NCBI RefSeq assembly: GCF_006345805.1
Contig: NC_043004.1
Location: forward strand, 90,706,001 to 90,770,000
Direction: 5' to 3'
Source: Octopus sinensis
Lineage: Eukaryota
DNA length: 64,000 bases
Shown here piece after piece: positions 13,601-26,176 of the stretch (its first letter is position 1; the number at the start of each line of letters is the position of its first letter). A program made the translations under genes and the position numbers. Under the pieces are notes generated by a model, which saw only the letters and a program-made list of their open reading frames with translations, was not told where the DNA came from and did not search any database.

Positions 13601-16600
13601 TCACTCTCTCTCTATTCCTGTTGTACAATGTATGTGCTGAAAGAAGACTGAATGTAGTTTTGTACTGAGATGGGACCACATAATTCAGCCAATGGACTCA
13701 CCTCTTTCCCTCCTTCTATATTAACTTTGGTAGAGACACCTAAGTCAAATAATACATACCAAAACAGTATCCAGTAAATTCACTGCACTAAAGTTCCATT
13801 GACAGCCCAGAAGAGGCAGAGGCAAGTGTATTTCAAGGTCTAATGGCCCAAATTTTCCCCTACAAACACAGAACAGTTGTTGCCAATATATCCTCAGCAC
13901 AAGAGCTGTTGGCTGATTGTCCTCCTCTATAACACTGCAGATGTAGCAGTCCAGTAAATTTAAATTAAGAGAGCTAGGAATGCATATGATATCGGGGATC
14001 ACTAAATCCCATGGTTGTCATATGTCATGCCAAATATAAACTGTCTTCTCTTCAGTGTATAGCACTTGATGTCCTCATATACCGCATGCCGCACAGTGGA
14101 CTCTGCTACTTTTAACTATTGCAATATGTAGCATTCTGACAGATGCCTGTGAGGAACTCACATTAAAACAAACTTCAAAATAATTGTTGGCTACTTCTTG
14201 TGCTATGTTATAGCAGTCTGGTCAGCTCGTATTTGAATAGAATTATATTCCTTAGGAATATGTCTATTCAGTAAAATGGCACCAGAAGTATTTCCTGGAA
14301 ATAATCCTTTTAAATAAAGGTTCACATATTTGAAATAGTTGAAACATATTTGAAGCATATTGAAATCTGTTTGTTCAGACAAGAATTATTCTTTCATGAA
14401 GCATTTAGAATGTTTGACTGTCACCAATTGTGAAATTTGTGTTCAATTAGTCTAGAAGTATGTTCAGAGATTCTGAGTTCTACAAGTTGGAGGATTGATC
14501 ACCAATTTCTGCTTTAGAGTTGTAGGTTCTTTTTGTGACACTAATTGCATATTATTCAAATAAAACTGTTGTGATCTCAGGGTCTCTAATTGTGACATTA
14601 TTTGTCCCATTGTCCAGATAAGTTACTGGTCATGATACGTTTCCTATTTTACATGAAAAACAATTCTGTGCAGTTACCAAAAACAAGTTGTGGTTAATAT
14701 AAGAAGGTCTCTCGTGAATTATTAAATTCACATGGTAAGGTCAAAATGCGAACAAATACATAAAATGGCAAGAGAAAATATGCACAGCCAAGTACTGTGT
14801 TCATTATAGCTAACTGTCCTCTCTACCAAAAATTTATGGCTTAGTCCTTTTTGTAAGAAAGTTACATTATTATTGTTATCCTATTAGCACTTTTAGCTTG
14901 AGGCTTTGCCCATGCTGGAGCATGATGATTTAAAAAAAAATTCTTTTTCCAATAGTATTTTCACTGATTAATTTTTATTTTGTTTCTCAATTATGTGCAA
15001 TAAATGTCTTCAAATGAGTTGTTACTTGTTATTTTGTTAGTTTGCGAATACGGTTTCTATGGTCAAAACTGCAATATGACCTGTGGATGGTGTGTCAAAG
15101 GGAAAGAAGAATGTCATGTTGTTACTGGCAAATGTGTAAATGGCTGCCAAAAAGGTTATGAAGGAACTACTTGTGCTAAAGGTGAGTAAACAATTATCCT
15201 GTAATCATAGGTTTGCTTTCATATTGGCTTATTCTTGGGGATCCAGTAACTTGTGGAGAAACAGAGGTAGAGCACTCTTAGGTTTCAGTTTTATATTAGT
15301 TTCCTTAATTCATTTGTTAGATCTTGTTATTGTCTAAATTTTTAAACCTTTGAAATAAGGAAATGGGTAAGAGGATTGGGCTAGTTTGGAATGGTTTTAG
15401 GAACTTCTAGTTCTCTTGAAGAATTTTATTGCTTTCATCCTTAACCCTTTCGTTACTGTATTTATTTTGAGATGCTTTGTGTTCCTTTCGATTACTTTAA
15501 ATATAATAGTGAATTTTGTAAAATAACTTAGATATCCTTCAGCTAGTGTTAGGAATATAAATTGTGACTAAGGCTTGGTGGAAGATTTTGATTCAAAACT
15601 TATGAAAACAAGACATTTGTACTCAGAGCCAGAGCCGGTTTCAGCCAGGTTGGTAATGAAAGGGTTAATATGAGCTGCATTAGAACAACATTCATGTATA
15701 TTGTGTGTGTGTGTGTTCAGCAAACCAAGGCATCAAGCACCAAAACCATCACACTTTTTCATAGGTCCAGTGGCAATAGGGGAAAGAGGCAATGGGGAAA
15801 ATGTAGTGAATGCTACTTTCCAACTCTTCAGCATTATCCTTGCACACAAGTTGCCATAACTTGATGGTTGAGCAGCTGTGTCTTGATGAGCCCTCATTCA
15901 TTGAAGCACTCAGAGTCAGCCCCACCCCAAGTGTAAATTTCCACAAGCTATTTTATATTTTTGTATATACATGTAATTTTCAAGCTATTTAGAAATAATG
16001 TGGCTGTGTGGTAAGTGGCTTGTTTACCAACCACATGGTTCCGGGTTCAGTCCCACTGCGTGGCACCTTGGGCAAGTGTCTTCTACTATAGCCTTGGGCC
16101 GACCAAAGCCTTGTGAGTGGATTTGGTAGACAGAAACTGAAAGAAACCCGTCGTATATATATGTGTGTGTGTGTGTCTGTGTTTGTCCCCCTAGCATTGC
16201 TTGACAACCGATGCTGGTGTGTTTACGTCCCCGTTACTTCGCGGTTCGGCAAAAGTGACCGATAGAATAAGTACTGGGCTTACAAAAGAATAAGTCCCGG
16301 GTTTGAGTTGCTCGATTAAAGGCGGTGCTCCAGCATGGCCGCAGTCAAATGACTGAAACAAGTAAATGAGTTTATAATAATTGCATTTAAGTTAAGGTAT
16401 TCTGATAAATACAAGGGAAATAACTTTTACAGTGTTACTTCATTTAATTTTTTTTTTGTGCCTTATTTTGTTGCTGCCTATGTGCGCACACATTTATAAA
16501 TATGAATACACACACCTGCATTCTCATACATACACATGTGTACACTTACACACAAGGTTTTTAATGAAAGTTATTTTCTAATAGAACCAAATTTTAAACC

Positions 16601-19600
16601 AAATTAAATTAAATCAGTATTATTTTCCATCCAGAATTGATTTGAACTTCTCAATAAAACATTTGCTCTTAAAATTACCATCATCTGAGCCATAAAGTTT
16701 ATAAAATGGAGATATTGGGAAGTTTGTTTCATTTATTTAAAAATATTATACTTATGTGGATCACTACAAAAAGTATTCTCTCTCTGTCTTGTGTCCTATA
16801 GAAATTTGTTTTGCTTGATCAATATCATTGTGTATAAGTAAGGGTGGAATTCTTTCTTTTTTTTTTTTGAGTAGAAATCCATGGAGCTCTGCGAGTCATT
16901 CTTCTCTGATATTTACATCATTAACAACGGTACAAATTTTCCTGGCTGGATTGTATGGGATTTTTTACAGTTTTGTGTGTGCTGGGTGGCATGTTTTGAA
17001 GCTTCAGGTATTAATGTGTGTCGGTGTCTCTGTAATTATATATATATCTGTTGTGATGTTTGTGTTAATTTTAATCACCCAAACAAAATAAAAGCAAATA
17101 ATAATTTCAAATAATCACTTAGTAGGAGTTACTATGCAGATATTTACCTGGTTACTTAAAATTAACATTTATTACGGAAAACCTCACCATCATGTCTGCT
17201 TCTAAATAACATGAAAGATCTCACGCATTGATAAAAATAAAAAATAAGTTGTAAAAGATCTAATTATATATATATAATCATGTGTGTGTGTGTGTGTGTA
17301 TACTAGAGCTTTGGGTTCCTAATATTTAAATTTATTTCAGTCTTTCTGATTCACAATATGTTATGTATAAAATATATATTAATAACAAGCCATTGGAAGC
17401 ACAAATACTATCCAATATAATAATTTAATTTCTGATACTTTTATAGCTTTATATAGGCACTGAATATTCTACACTATCAATTGGAGAAGGAAATTGAGTG
17501 TGTCTCCTCTGTTCATTGATTTGGTTTTTGGATATGTTGATCAGCTGTTATTGTTCTGCTATTTTTTATGGCATGGTGTTTTTTTTTGTATTTTTTTTGA
17601 GGAGGGGTATATTTTTATTTTCTTTATACTTGCATATCTACTGAATTTATCTGTACATCTAATTAAGGCTCACAGTATGTTTTTTTTAAGTTTTGGTATG
17701 TTTGGTCAATTTTTTTTTTGGTATGTTATTGTATTGTTTTTGTAAATATTGAAGTTATGGCAAGGTAGGAAGAAGGAAATGGTGTGAATTTTGTTTTGGT
17801 CAAGATTAAGGAATTTTAATGACTTATTTTGTTTTGTGAGTGAATTTAACTGTAAAACCAATTACAGTCATTTATTTACTGATGAGATTTTTGCTATTGT
17901 GAGTGGTATTTCATGACTGAGTGGCTTTTGCTAACAAATTTGAAATTTTGTTTTGGTCAAGAATAAAGGTTTCTTTATGGAGTGGGGAGCTTGGTGTGGC
18001 TTATTAAGAATGTCTGTTAAACTAATTAAAATTGTTTTGGTTTTGTGTTTCTATTTTTGTGTTTGGTTGTATATTGCAGTGTGTCTTTAAATCTGTTTAC
18101 TTTTCGGTTATCATTGTAGAATGATGCTGCTTGCTCACATATTTCTTTGTGAGATAAAATTGTTGATATTCTCTGCCTTATGTAACTAGGTTTATGATAA
18201 TCAATAGTGGATGGTTTTAGTTTGTTATATCTAAAAGTGTTTAGTTTTGTTTAAGGGTCATTTCGTGTCAGATCACCCAGAGGGTCCCACCTCAGACTCC
18301 CCATGAAAAAAATTCATACTAGCTCCTGTACTTATATGATGGAAAAATATAAAGTATTAGGTCAATATCTATGATAGTTTTGAAATCATAGGCTTTTATA
18401 ATATTGATTAGTTTTACATATTTTTCTGAACGAGTCTCTCGGATCAACTTGAGTCAGCCATTTTCCCTCTAATATGGCAGACACAACTTTAAAATCATGT
18501 GTTTGGGCTAACTTTTTCTGTAGAGTTCAAATATCAACTCATATGTATCTTTGCAGTATGTTTAATTCTTGGCAATTTTCAGAGGCCAGTGAATGGAAAA
18601 ATATACAAGATACACATGATTTGATAAGATATTTGAACTCTACAGAAAATGTTAGCCCCAAACACATGATTTTAAAGTTGTGTCTGCCATATTAGAGGAA
18701 AAATGGCTGTCTCAAGTTGATCCGAGAGACTCATTTGGAAAAAATATGTAAAACTAATCAATATTATAAAAGCCTATGATTTCAGAACTATCGAAGATAT
18801 TGACCTGGTACTTGATATTTTTCCATCATATAAGTACAGGAGCTAGTATGAATTTTTTCAGGGGGAATCTGAAGGGGTGACCGGGGACCCTCTGAGTGAT
18901 TTGATATGGAATAACCCTTAATGGTAGTGTTTCCTGGTATCCAAGTTCAAAAATTATGCCAAGGTACATAGGTAACTGTGGATAGTTTGAGTGGTACACT
19001 TACATTTAAGTCCTTCAGAGGTTTTTATTAAATGGTTTCTGAATTTATTGGGTTCATATCCATCCATATTTTGGGAGATGGTGAGTGTCATATTTCTTTT
19101 ACAAGCTAATGCTGAATCTTGTAAATATTTTGCATTTTCATTCCAAGTTGAATTGCCCTGCTAGCTCACATGTACAGCACTGCTTGGAGATATCAAGATT
19201 TGATCTGAGTTGTTGTGGAGTACGCAGAATTCTCTCGTACTTCTTTATCCATATTTTACCCTCATTATACTTTACAGTTTTCTTTTGCATGCTACAATTG
19301 ATTCGTCTTATATCCAACTAGCAGTATCACCCGGCGTTGCTCGGATTTGTAAGGGAAATAACTATATAAGCATTTTAGAGAGTTACTTCCCTTATATAAC
19401 CCGAGCAAAAATCATTAAAAATGCAGAAAAATTATGGTAATTTCTTTTTTAAATCATAGACTCACGCTAATACCCAGAAGGGCTCGATATGAATGACGAC
19501 TATAAGATACCCACTTTTGGTTAAACTGCACCGCAAAATGTGGGAGTAGTTAGGAATCTAAATTGGAGGAGACAGAGTCTCACACACACAACTTCAATTT

Positions 19601-20522
19601 TATATATAAAGATTTATCTTTCAGGCCATCTGAAGCATGTTGTTCACACATTAAACATCTAGTGGAGCATGTTTGCTTCATTTCTCTTTCATCTTCCCAC
19701 ATCCACTGCTCTGTCTCACTTCCATCCAGCATCATACTTTGAATACAAGCAACGTACAGTCTATTGTTAATTAAAAGAAATATCCCTTGTTGCCAGCGGA
19801 GATAACTCCCTTAAATTTTCTCTGTTGTATCATCAAAGTATCCTCCTCAATTGCTGAATAGATTTCCCTGTTAACTATTTATATAGAAGCTTCCAAGTTT
19901 TGAAAGGAATTTATTTTACTACTGTTCTGATTGTTAAAGATTTCTGCACATCTATCACATACAGAAATCTTTATTAATTTTCAGCCTTGCTTGTGATCTC
20001 AGTATATCATGGACAGAAATGAGGTTCCCACCAACTCATTTTTTGCATATCGAGCATAGTCATTTCCCCGATGAAAGTAAAATGTTATTTGAAACTTTGG
20101 TCTTAACTTCTCTCTTAAAGCCTCCCTTACTACCAGCTGTTGCAACCTTCACACCTTCAGCCGTAACTGGTATTTCATCTACTGGGTTCTCCTTCCAACT
20201 TTTACAACTTGTTGATGCTGTGTAATATCTTTCTCCCTTAGATTTAAATCTTGTTGAATCTTACCACCCATTTTGTATTGAACGTTCTCTCTGTCAGACT
20301 GTTTATATACCATCTAATATTCAGTAGAATTAATCTAGTGGTATGATGTTGTAGGCTTGGTAGTTAAACTATGAGGATAATCAAATAATGCCCAATATAG
20401 CATTTAAAAAATTTTATTTTATCTAGTTTCAGCTCACGAGCTGTGGCCATGCTGGGGCACCGCCATTTTGAATTAATTAATGGATTAATTAATGGATTAA
20501 TTTAACAAACGCTATTCATATT

Positions 20523-20581
<59 letters not shown>

Positions 20582-22444
20582 ATATACGTGTGTGTGTGTG
20601 TGTGTATATATATGTAATTCTGAAATGGATATATATATATATATATTCATTCATTATATGAAAACATGACTGTTCCATATCTTTCATAAACTCTCCAAAC
20701 TTTCAGAGATAGGGTCAATGGGATGGAAGTAGAGCAGCTAATGTTAAACTGGAACTCTCCATCAAGTGAGTTGTTGCTGGGCAATTTGACACTTCTCACA
20801 GTATCATCATCTTTAATGAGATAATATTACCAAGGTCTCACAGCTGTTTTGGTAATGTTATCCTGTACAGATATTATCACAGTCAACCTTGGTAATATGT
20901 TCAAGCAGTTAATTCATGTATAAATAACTAGCAGTATCGTCCGGCGTTGCTCGGGTTTGTAAGGGAAATAACTATATAAGCATTTTTAGAGATGTAAAGT
21001 ATAATAGCCATCTCAATATGGCTAACCACAAGGGGGGAGGTGTTACTGTAGCTTTTTACGTTCTGAGATTTAATAATAAATTTTTAGAGAGTTACTTCCC
21101 TTATATATGCCAAAAATGCATTAAAAATGGTAAAAATTGATGGTAAATTTTTTTTTAAAATCATAGACTCATCGTAGACGTGCGCTAATACTCAGAAGGG
21201 CTTGATATGAATCACGACTATAAGATACCCGGTTTTGGTTAAACTGCACCGCAAAATGTGGGAGTAGTTAGGAATCTAAATCGTAGGAGACAGACAGCAC
21301 ACGACCTCACTTTTATATATAAAGATATCATATTCAGACAATTTTGTTATAATTTCTTCCTGGTCATCTTTCCATTATCTTGTTTCTGACCATTTTATTT
21401 CTTTCCAGCTGTGGTACCCTCTAAAAAGATGTCAACAACGGGTGCTGTTGTAGCAGCCCTTATTGCTTCTATAGTCGTTGTTTTAGTCACCTTTCTTGTT
21501 TTCCACAGGTAAGTAGTCTTCAATATCAAGAAATAAGTGTTTCATCATGCTTGTTTTATTATGTTTAATATTTTAAATTTATATTTATATATCTCTAAAA
21601 ATGTACTTTGGCTCCCGAGTTAGTCTGAAGCATATGAAGAATGATTTAATTTTCAGCAGAAAGGAAGGAAAAAGTACAATGAAGTATTGTGTAATTTACA
21701 TTTTAATGTCTAATTTGCGTTTAAATATCTGATTTAATTTGGAAAATATATGGTTGCTGACATGGCTCTGTGGTTAAGAAGATTGAAACAACCTTCAGGA
21801 GATTTTCAATGGTGATATTATGTTGTAGCAAAAACATTTGCACAGTATTCACTCTGTAGCTCATTTAATCATATTGCATCATGGGTTTCCTGTTTATTTA
21901 CATTCAAGATGCCCCCACTAAAATGACTGAAGGCCATTCTAGATAGGGGCCTTTTTTAACCTTCATGGTATGACCTCTTACGTTGTTTAAACCTTTGTGG
22001 ATTTAATGCAAACCTGTGGTTGAAAGTTTTACCTTCTTGAAATTTCTGACAATGACAAAGGCTTTGACTTACCACTCATTTGTACTGAGAGGCAATTAGC
22101 TTACCTGCAAGTGTCTTTCAGGCACTTCTCATATATTTTGGATAATCTATTATAAAATTGTAGCTAGTGGTTCATTAATTCATTATTCATTGCATTGAAT
22201 GATGCTGTCTAGTTGCCTCATATTTAATCTGAGACCATTGACATTTTTTTCAAAGAGATGATTTATATTGGTTGTGTTCTCATTTTGGTTGATATAAGTT
22301 CTTCCCATCTGTGAGTGGTTGATAACTGCAACACAATACAGTGGAATATTACATGTCCATAATTAGTGCTAGGTTTTTTTAGTAGTTGAAATATTTTATA
22401 TCCTTCTCTCCATTTCTACCATTACTTGTGAAAGCTGACCCAAG

Positions 22445-22510
<66 letters not shown>

Positions 22511-22911
22511 ATGCACACGCATGTATGCTCATCTGTCTATAGACACAAACACACTCACTCTCGTACATAAATGTTGTTTGGAAAGATTTTATTTTTCTTA
22601 GGCTAAATGTCGTAGCTCTAGTATACACACACAGGCATGTGTATATTATATTCACACTTGAAAGGTTAGCGCCAACCATTATGGTGAAGGAAATGACAAA
22701 TAAAAGAGGTGAGTTTGCTTCTGCATATGCCTTGTCCACCCAGTTTTGCTCAACCTCTGCATATTTTGGTTAATTTATGTGCCTGTGCTAGAAGAATTAG
22801 TGAGATATTGGTTTTCTGTTAATATACATCTACATATTTAATATTAATGTATATATGTGTGTGTCATCATCATCATCGTTTCTGGAGATGTATTTCTCCA
22901 TTTTCTTATCT

Positions 22912-22965
<54 letters not shown>

Positions 22966-23526
22966 GAGGCACAGTGGCCCAGTGGTTAGGGCAGTGGACT
23001 TGCGGCTGGAGGATCGTGGTTTCGATTCCCAGACTGGGCGTTGTGTGTGTTTATTGAGCGAAAACACCTAAGGCTCCACGAGGCTCTGGCAGGGGGTGGT
23101 GGCAACCACTGTTGTACTCTTTCGCCCCAACTTTCTCTCACTCTTTCTTCCTGTTTCTTGAGTAACTCTGCGATGGACTGGTGTCCCGTCCAGCTGGGGG
23201 CAACACATACACCATAGAAACTGGGAAACCGGGCCCATGCGCCTGGCTAGGCTTGTAAAGGGCACATAAATAAATAAGAATATATATATATGGATAAATT
23301 AAGAAATGGAGTCAAACGCAAATGTTATTCAGAATAACACCTGCATTTGACTCCATTTCTTAATTTATCCATGTTATACAAAAATATTTCACTTAACCCT
23401 GGAATTTCTACCTTTATAAGTAGGCTGTAATATTCATGGCACTTATGTAAATTTTTGCTACCCTGGTAACTATTTATTTTTTCCTTCTTATTTGTACACA
23501 TTGAAAAAATACACACACACACACAC

Positions 23527-23573
<47 letters not shown>

Positions 23574-23833
23574 TAATAGAAGGGTAAAATTTATCAATCA
23601 AATTAATTAATTAATGAATTAATTAATAATTTTACCAAGTACGTTAAAACAACCTTTATAGGTAAAATTGTTCACATAATTATAATTAGGGTTCAGCTAA
23701 TTGCTTCACCACATACCAAATTTAGAAATAGGAGTTAAAATTCCTTTTCTGGTACTATAAGAATCTTTTAGTAGCAGAAAAGGAATTTTAACTCGGTATG
23801 TGGTGAAGCAATTAGCTGAACCCTAATTATATA

Positions 23834-23888
<55 letters not shown>

Positions 23889-26110
23889 AATATAGTTTAT
23901 ATTTGTTTTATATTTTATTCCCCTTTTGAAAAATAAAATTTTTGACAAAATATATCTAATCAGAAATGTAAATCTGCTAACTTTTGAAGTGTCCTATGTC
24001 ACCTGATGATGCTCTTTTGCACTGTGTGTCGCATCTAGTGCCATTACATCATCCCATGCCCCTAAGGAGCAGTCCAGAATAAAATCAAAACGATTGTTGT
24101 GCTTAATAAATTCTTGTTGTTACATTCTTTCTTCTGTATTAATCATTTAATACACACACACACATATGCCTACATACATACATATGTATATCTATCTGTC
24201 TTGTCTAAAACAATGTGAGTGTGTGTATATAAGTGTGGGGGTTGCATGTGTATCTGATGTGAATGTGCATATTCTGTACTGCATGGAGAGTAATGTTTGT
24301 TGACAATTCCCATCAATTAATTGACCAATAGCTCAACTTTTGAAGATGACTGGAATGAAAAGGCCTTTATTTGAAAAACGGGTAATGGTTAGTGACAGGT
24401 AGGCCATCCTCCTGTAAAATAATACCTTACTAATAAGTATTACATGTAACCCTTACTAGCATGGAAAGTGGATATAAAAAATAGAACTAAGACAGTGTGG
24501 TTAAGAAGTTTGCTTTCTTAAATAAATAAATAATGAAATTATTGTATACAGTGCTCAGGTGCACCACAACTTGTCAGAAAGTGCATATAAAGTACATGCA
24601 GTAATGTAGAAATGTCTGGAAAGCGAACAATGTATGAGTCAGATACATGCCTGTGTGTGTATGGAGGGGAGAAAATCAGGTGTAGTGTTGGTGAATCTCA
24701 GGAAGCATGGAAGTTTTGAAGGATGCAGTGCTCCGACAACTAACAACTGATGCCGGCAGTTTGTTCCATGCTTCAGCAACTCTCAGCGTGAAAAAATGTT
24801 TCCTGAAGTCATGGGAGCTGTAATTCCAGGTTCAGTCTCATTGTGTAGTCCCTTGGCCAAGAGTCTTCTGTAGCCTAGGCTGGCCAAATCCTTGTGGCAT
24901 ATTGATTTAGTAGACAGATACTGATGGAATCTCCTATGTATGTGTTTGCTTGTTATGTTGAGCATCACCATCATACATGCTGTGCCCCTCATTTCTGATT
25001 TTCTGTGAAATTATGTCCAGTTGTGGAAAAACATTACCTTACTTGCTAACTGGCAACAGAAGACATCTGGCTGTAGAAAATCTATTTTCCTCAGTGAGTG
25101 CCATCTGATCTGTGCTGGCATGGAAAAGTGGATGTGAAAATGAAACATTAGCGTAACTATGATGTTCTGGTGATCTGCTGAGCTAGCTTCCTTTATCTTC
25201 ATTGATTTGTAATTATACAAATGTATTGTACAATGCATAGCATGCATGTTAGTACAGACAAAATAATTTATTATAGACCTAAATTATTATTACATGATGA
25301 AGGCTGCAAGATGGCCGTAATCCTAAGGACGTCAAGTGGTTAAATAAATATATTCACCTCTCATACCACCTGACTTTTTATGTCTTATATACTCCTCATT
25401 ATAATAAGTGAGTGAATGAATGGAATGAATGAATTATATATATATATATATATATGTAAGAAAAAATACAAACTGGGACAAGAACGCAAAACATTTAGAA
25501 GAAGATACAAAAAACACGGACGGGACATTCGAAGCCTTCAATCTTCAGTCAAGAACCGGATCATCTTCGCAATTTCGGCTGATTAATCTTGAGATTGCTC
25601 CGATCGGGCCAGCCCCAAAGGAAAATCTAAGCCAAGCGCATTAGATTCCTTGGAAGAAAGCCTCGAATGTATACAAAACAAGGATGGAAAACAGGACGAT
25701 GTTACACGAATAAAAATACAAAAATACGTAAAAACAATAATGATAACACGAATAAGAATACAAAAATACGTAAAAACAATAATGATAATAATAATAACAA
25801 CAAAAACAGGACGTCACAGACAAGCGTCTTTTCGACAGGACGAGTAAATTTTTGAGCTGGCGTTAGAAAAATGCCTTAAGGCAAGAGAGAGAAAAAAAAT
25901 GTGTCTTGCCGCAACGGCTGCTGACCCCGAAAAGGCTAGCAATCGGTCATATATATATATACGTTTATATATTTGTTGTGCAATATTTTTTATGTGAAGT
26001 CGTGTGTTGAAACAGATATTGTTATATTCCGGAATGGTCATTTTGCCAGTTTAGCTGAAATAAGATTAAGATTAATGTAAAAAATAAATAACACTGGAGC
26101 AAAATAACAC

Positions 26111-26176
<66 letters not shown>

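Noticed and set aside
14190-14750. Faint LINE RT-like translations on the minus strand (also about 37850-38170 and 39690-40330)
   Set aside because: Too degraded to delimit or classify by eye, so not listed as features.
22965-23040. tRNA gene calls for the SINE heads (also 16000 and 49188)
   Set aside because: A/B boxes are present, but there is no complete cloverleaf or terminator, and each continues into a SINE body and tail.
23990-24082. Possible alternative exon after ttttgaag, downstream of the duplicated splice region
   Set aside because: The phase-2 frame required after the TM exon stops within 16 codons, there is no good donor, and there is no homology to exon 26804.
25517-25552. 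Minus-strand CTGAAGA-tt-gaag-g-cttc-GAAT-gtc
   Set aside because: GAAA is broken and there is no stem I pairing; unsupported without a family consensus.
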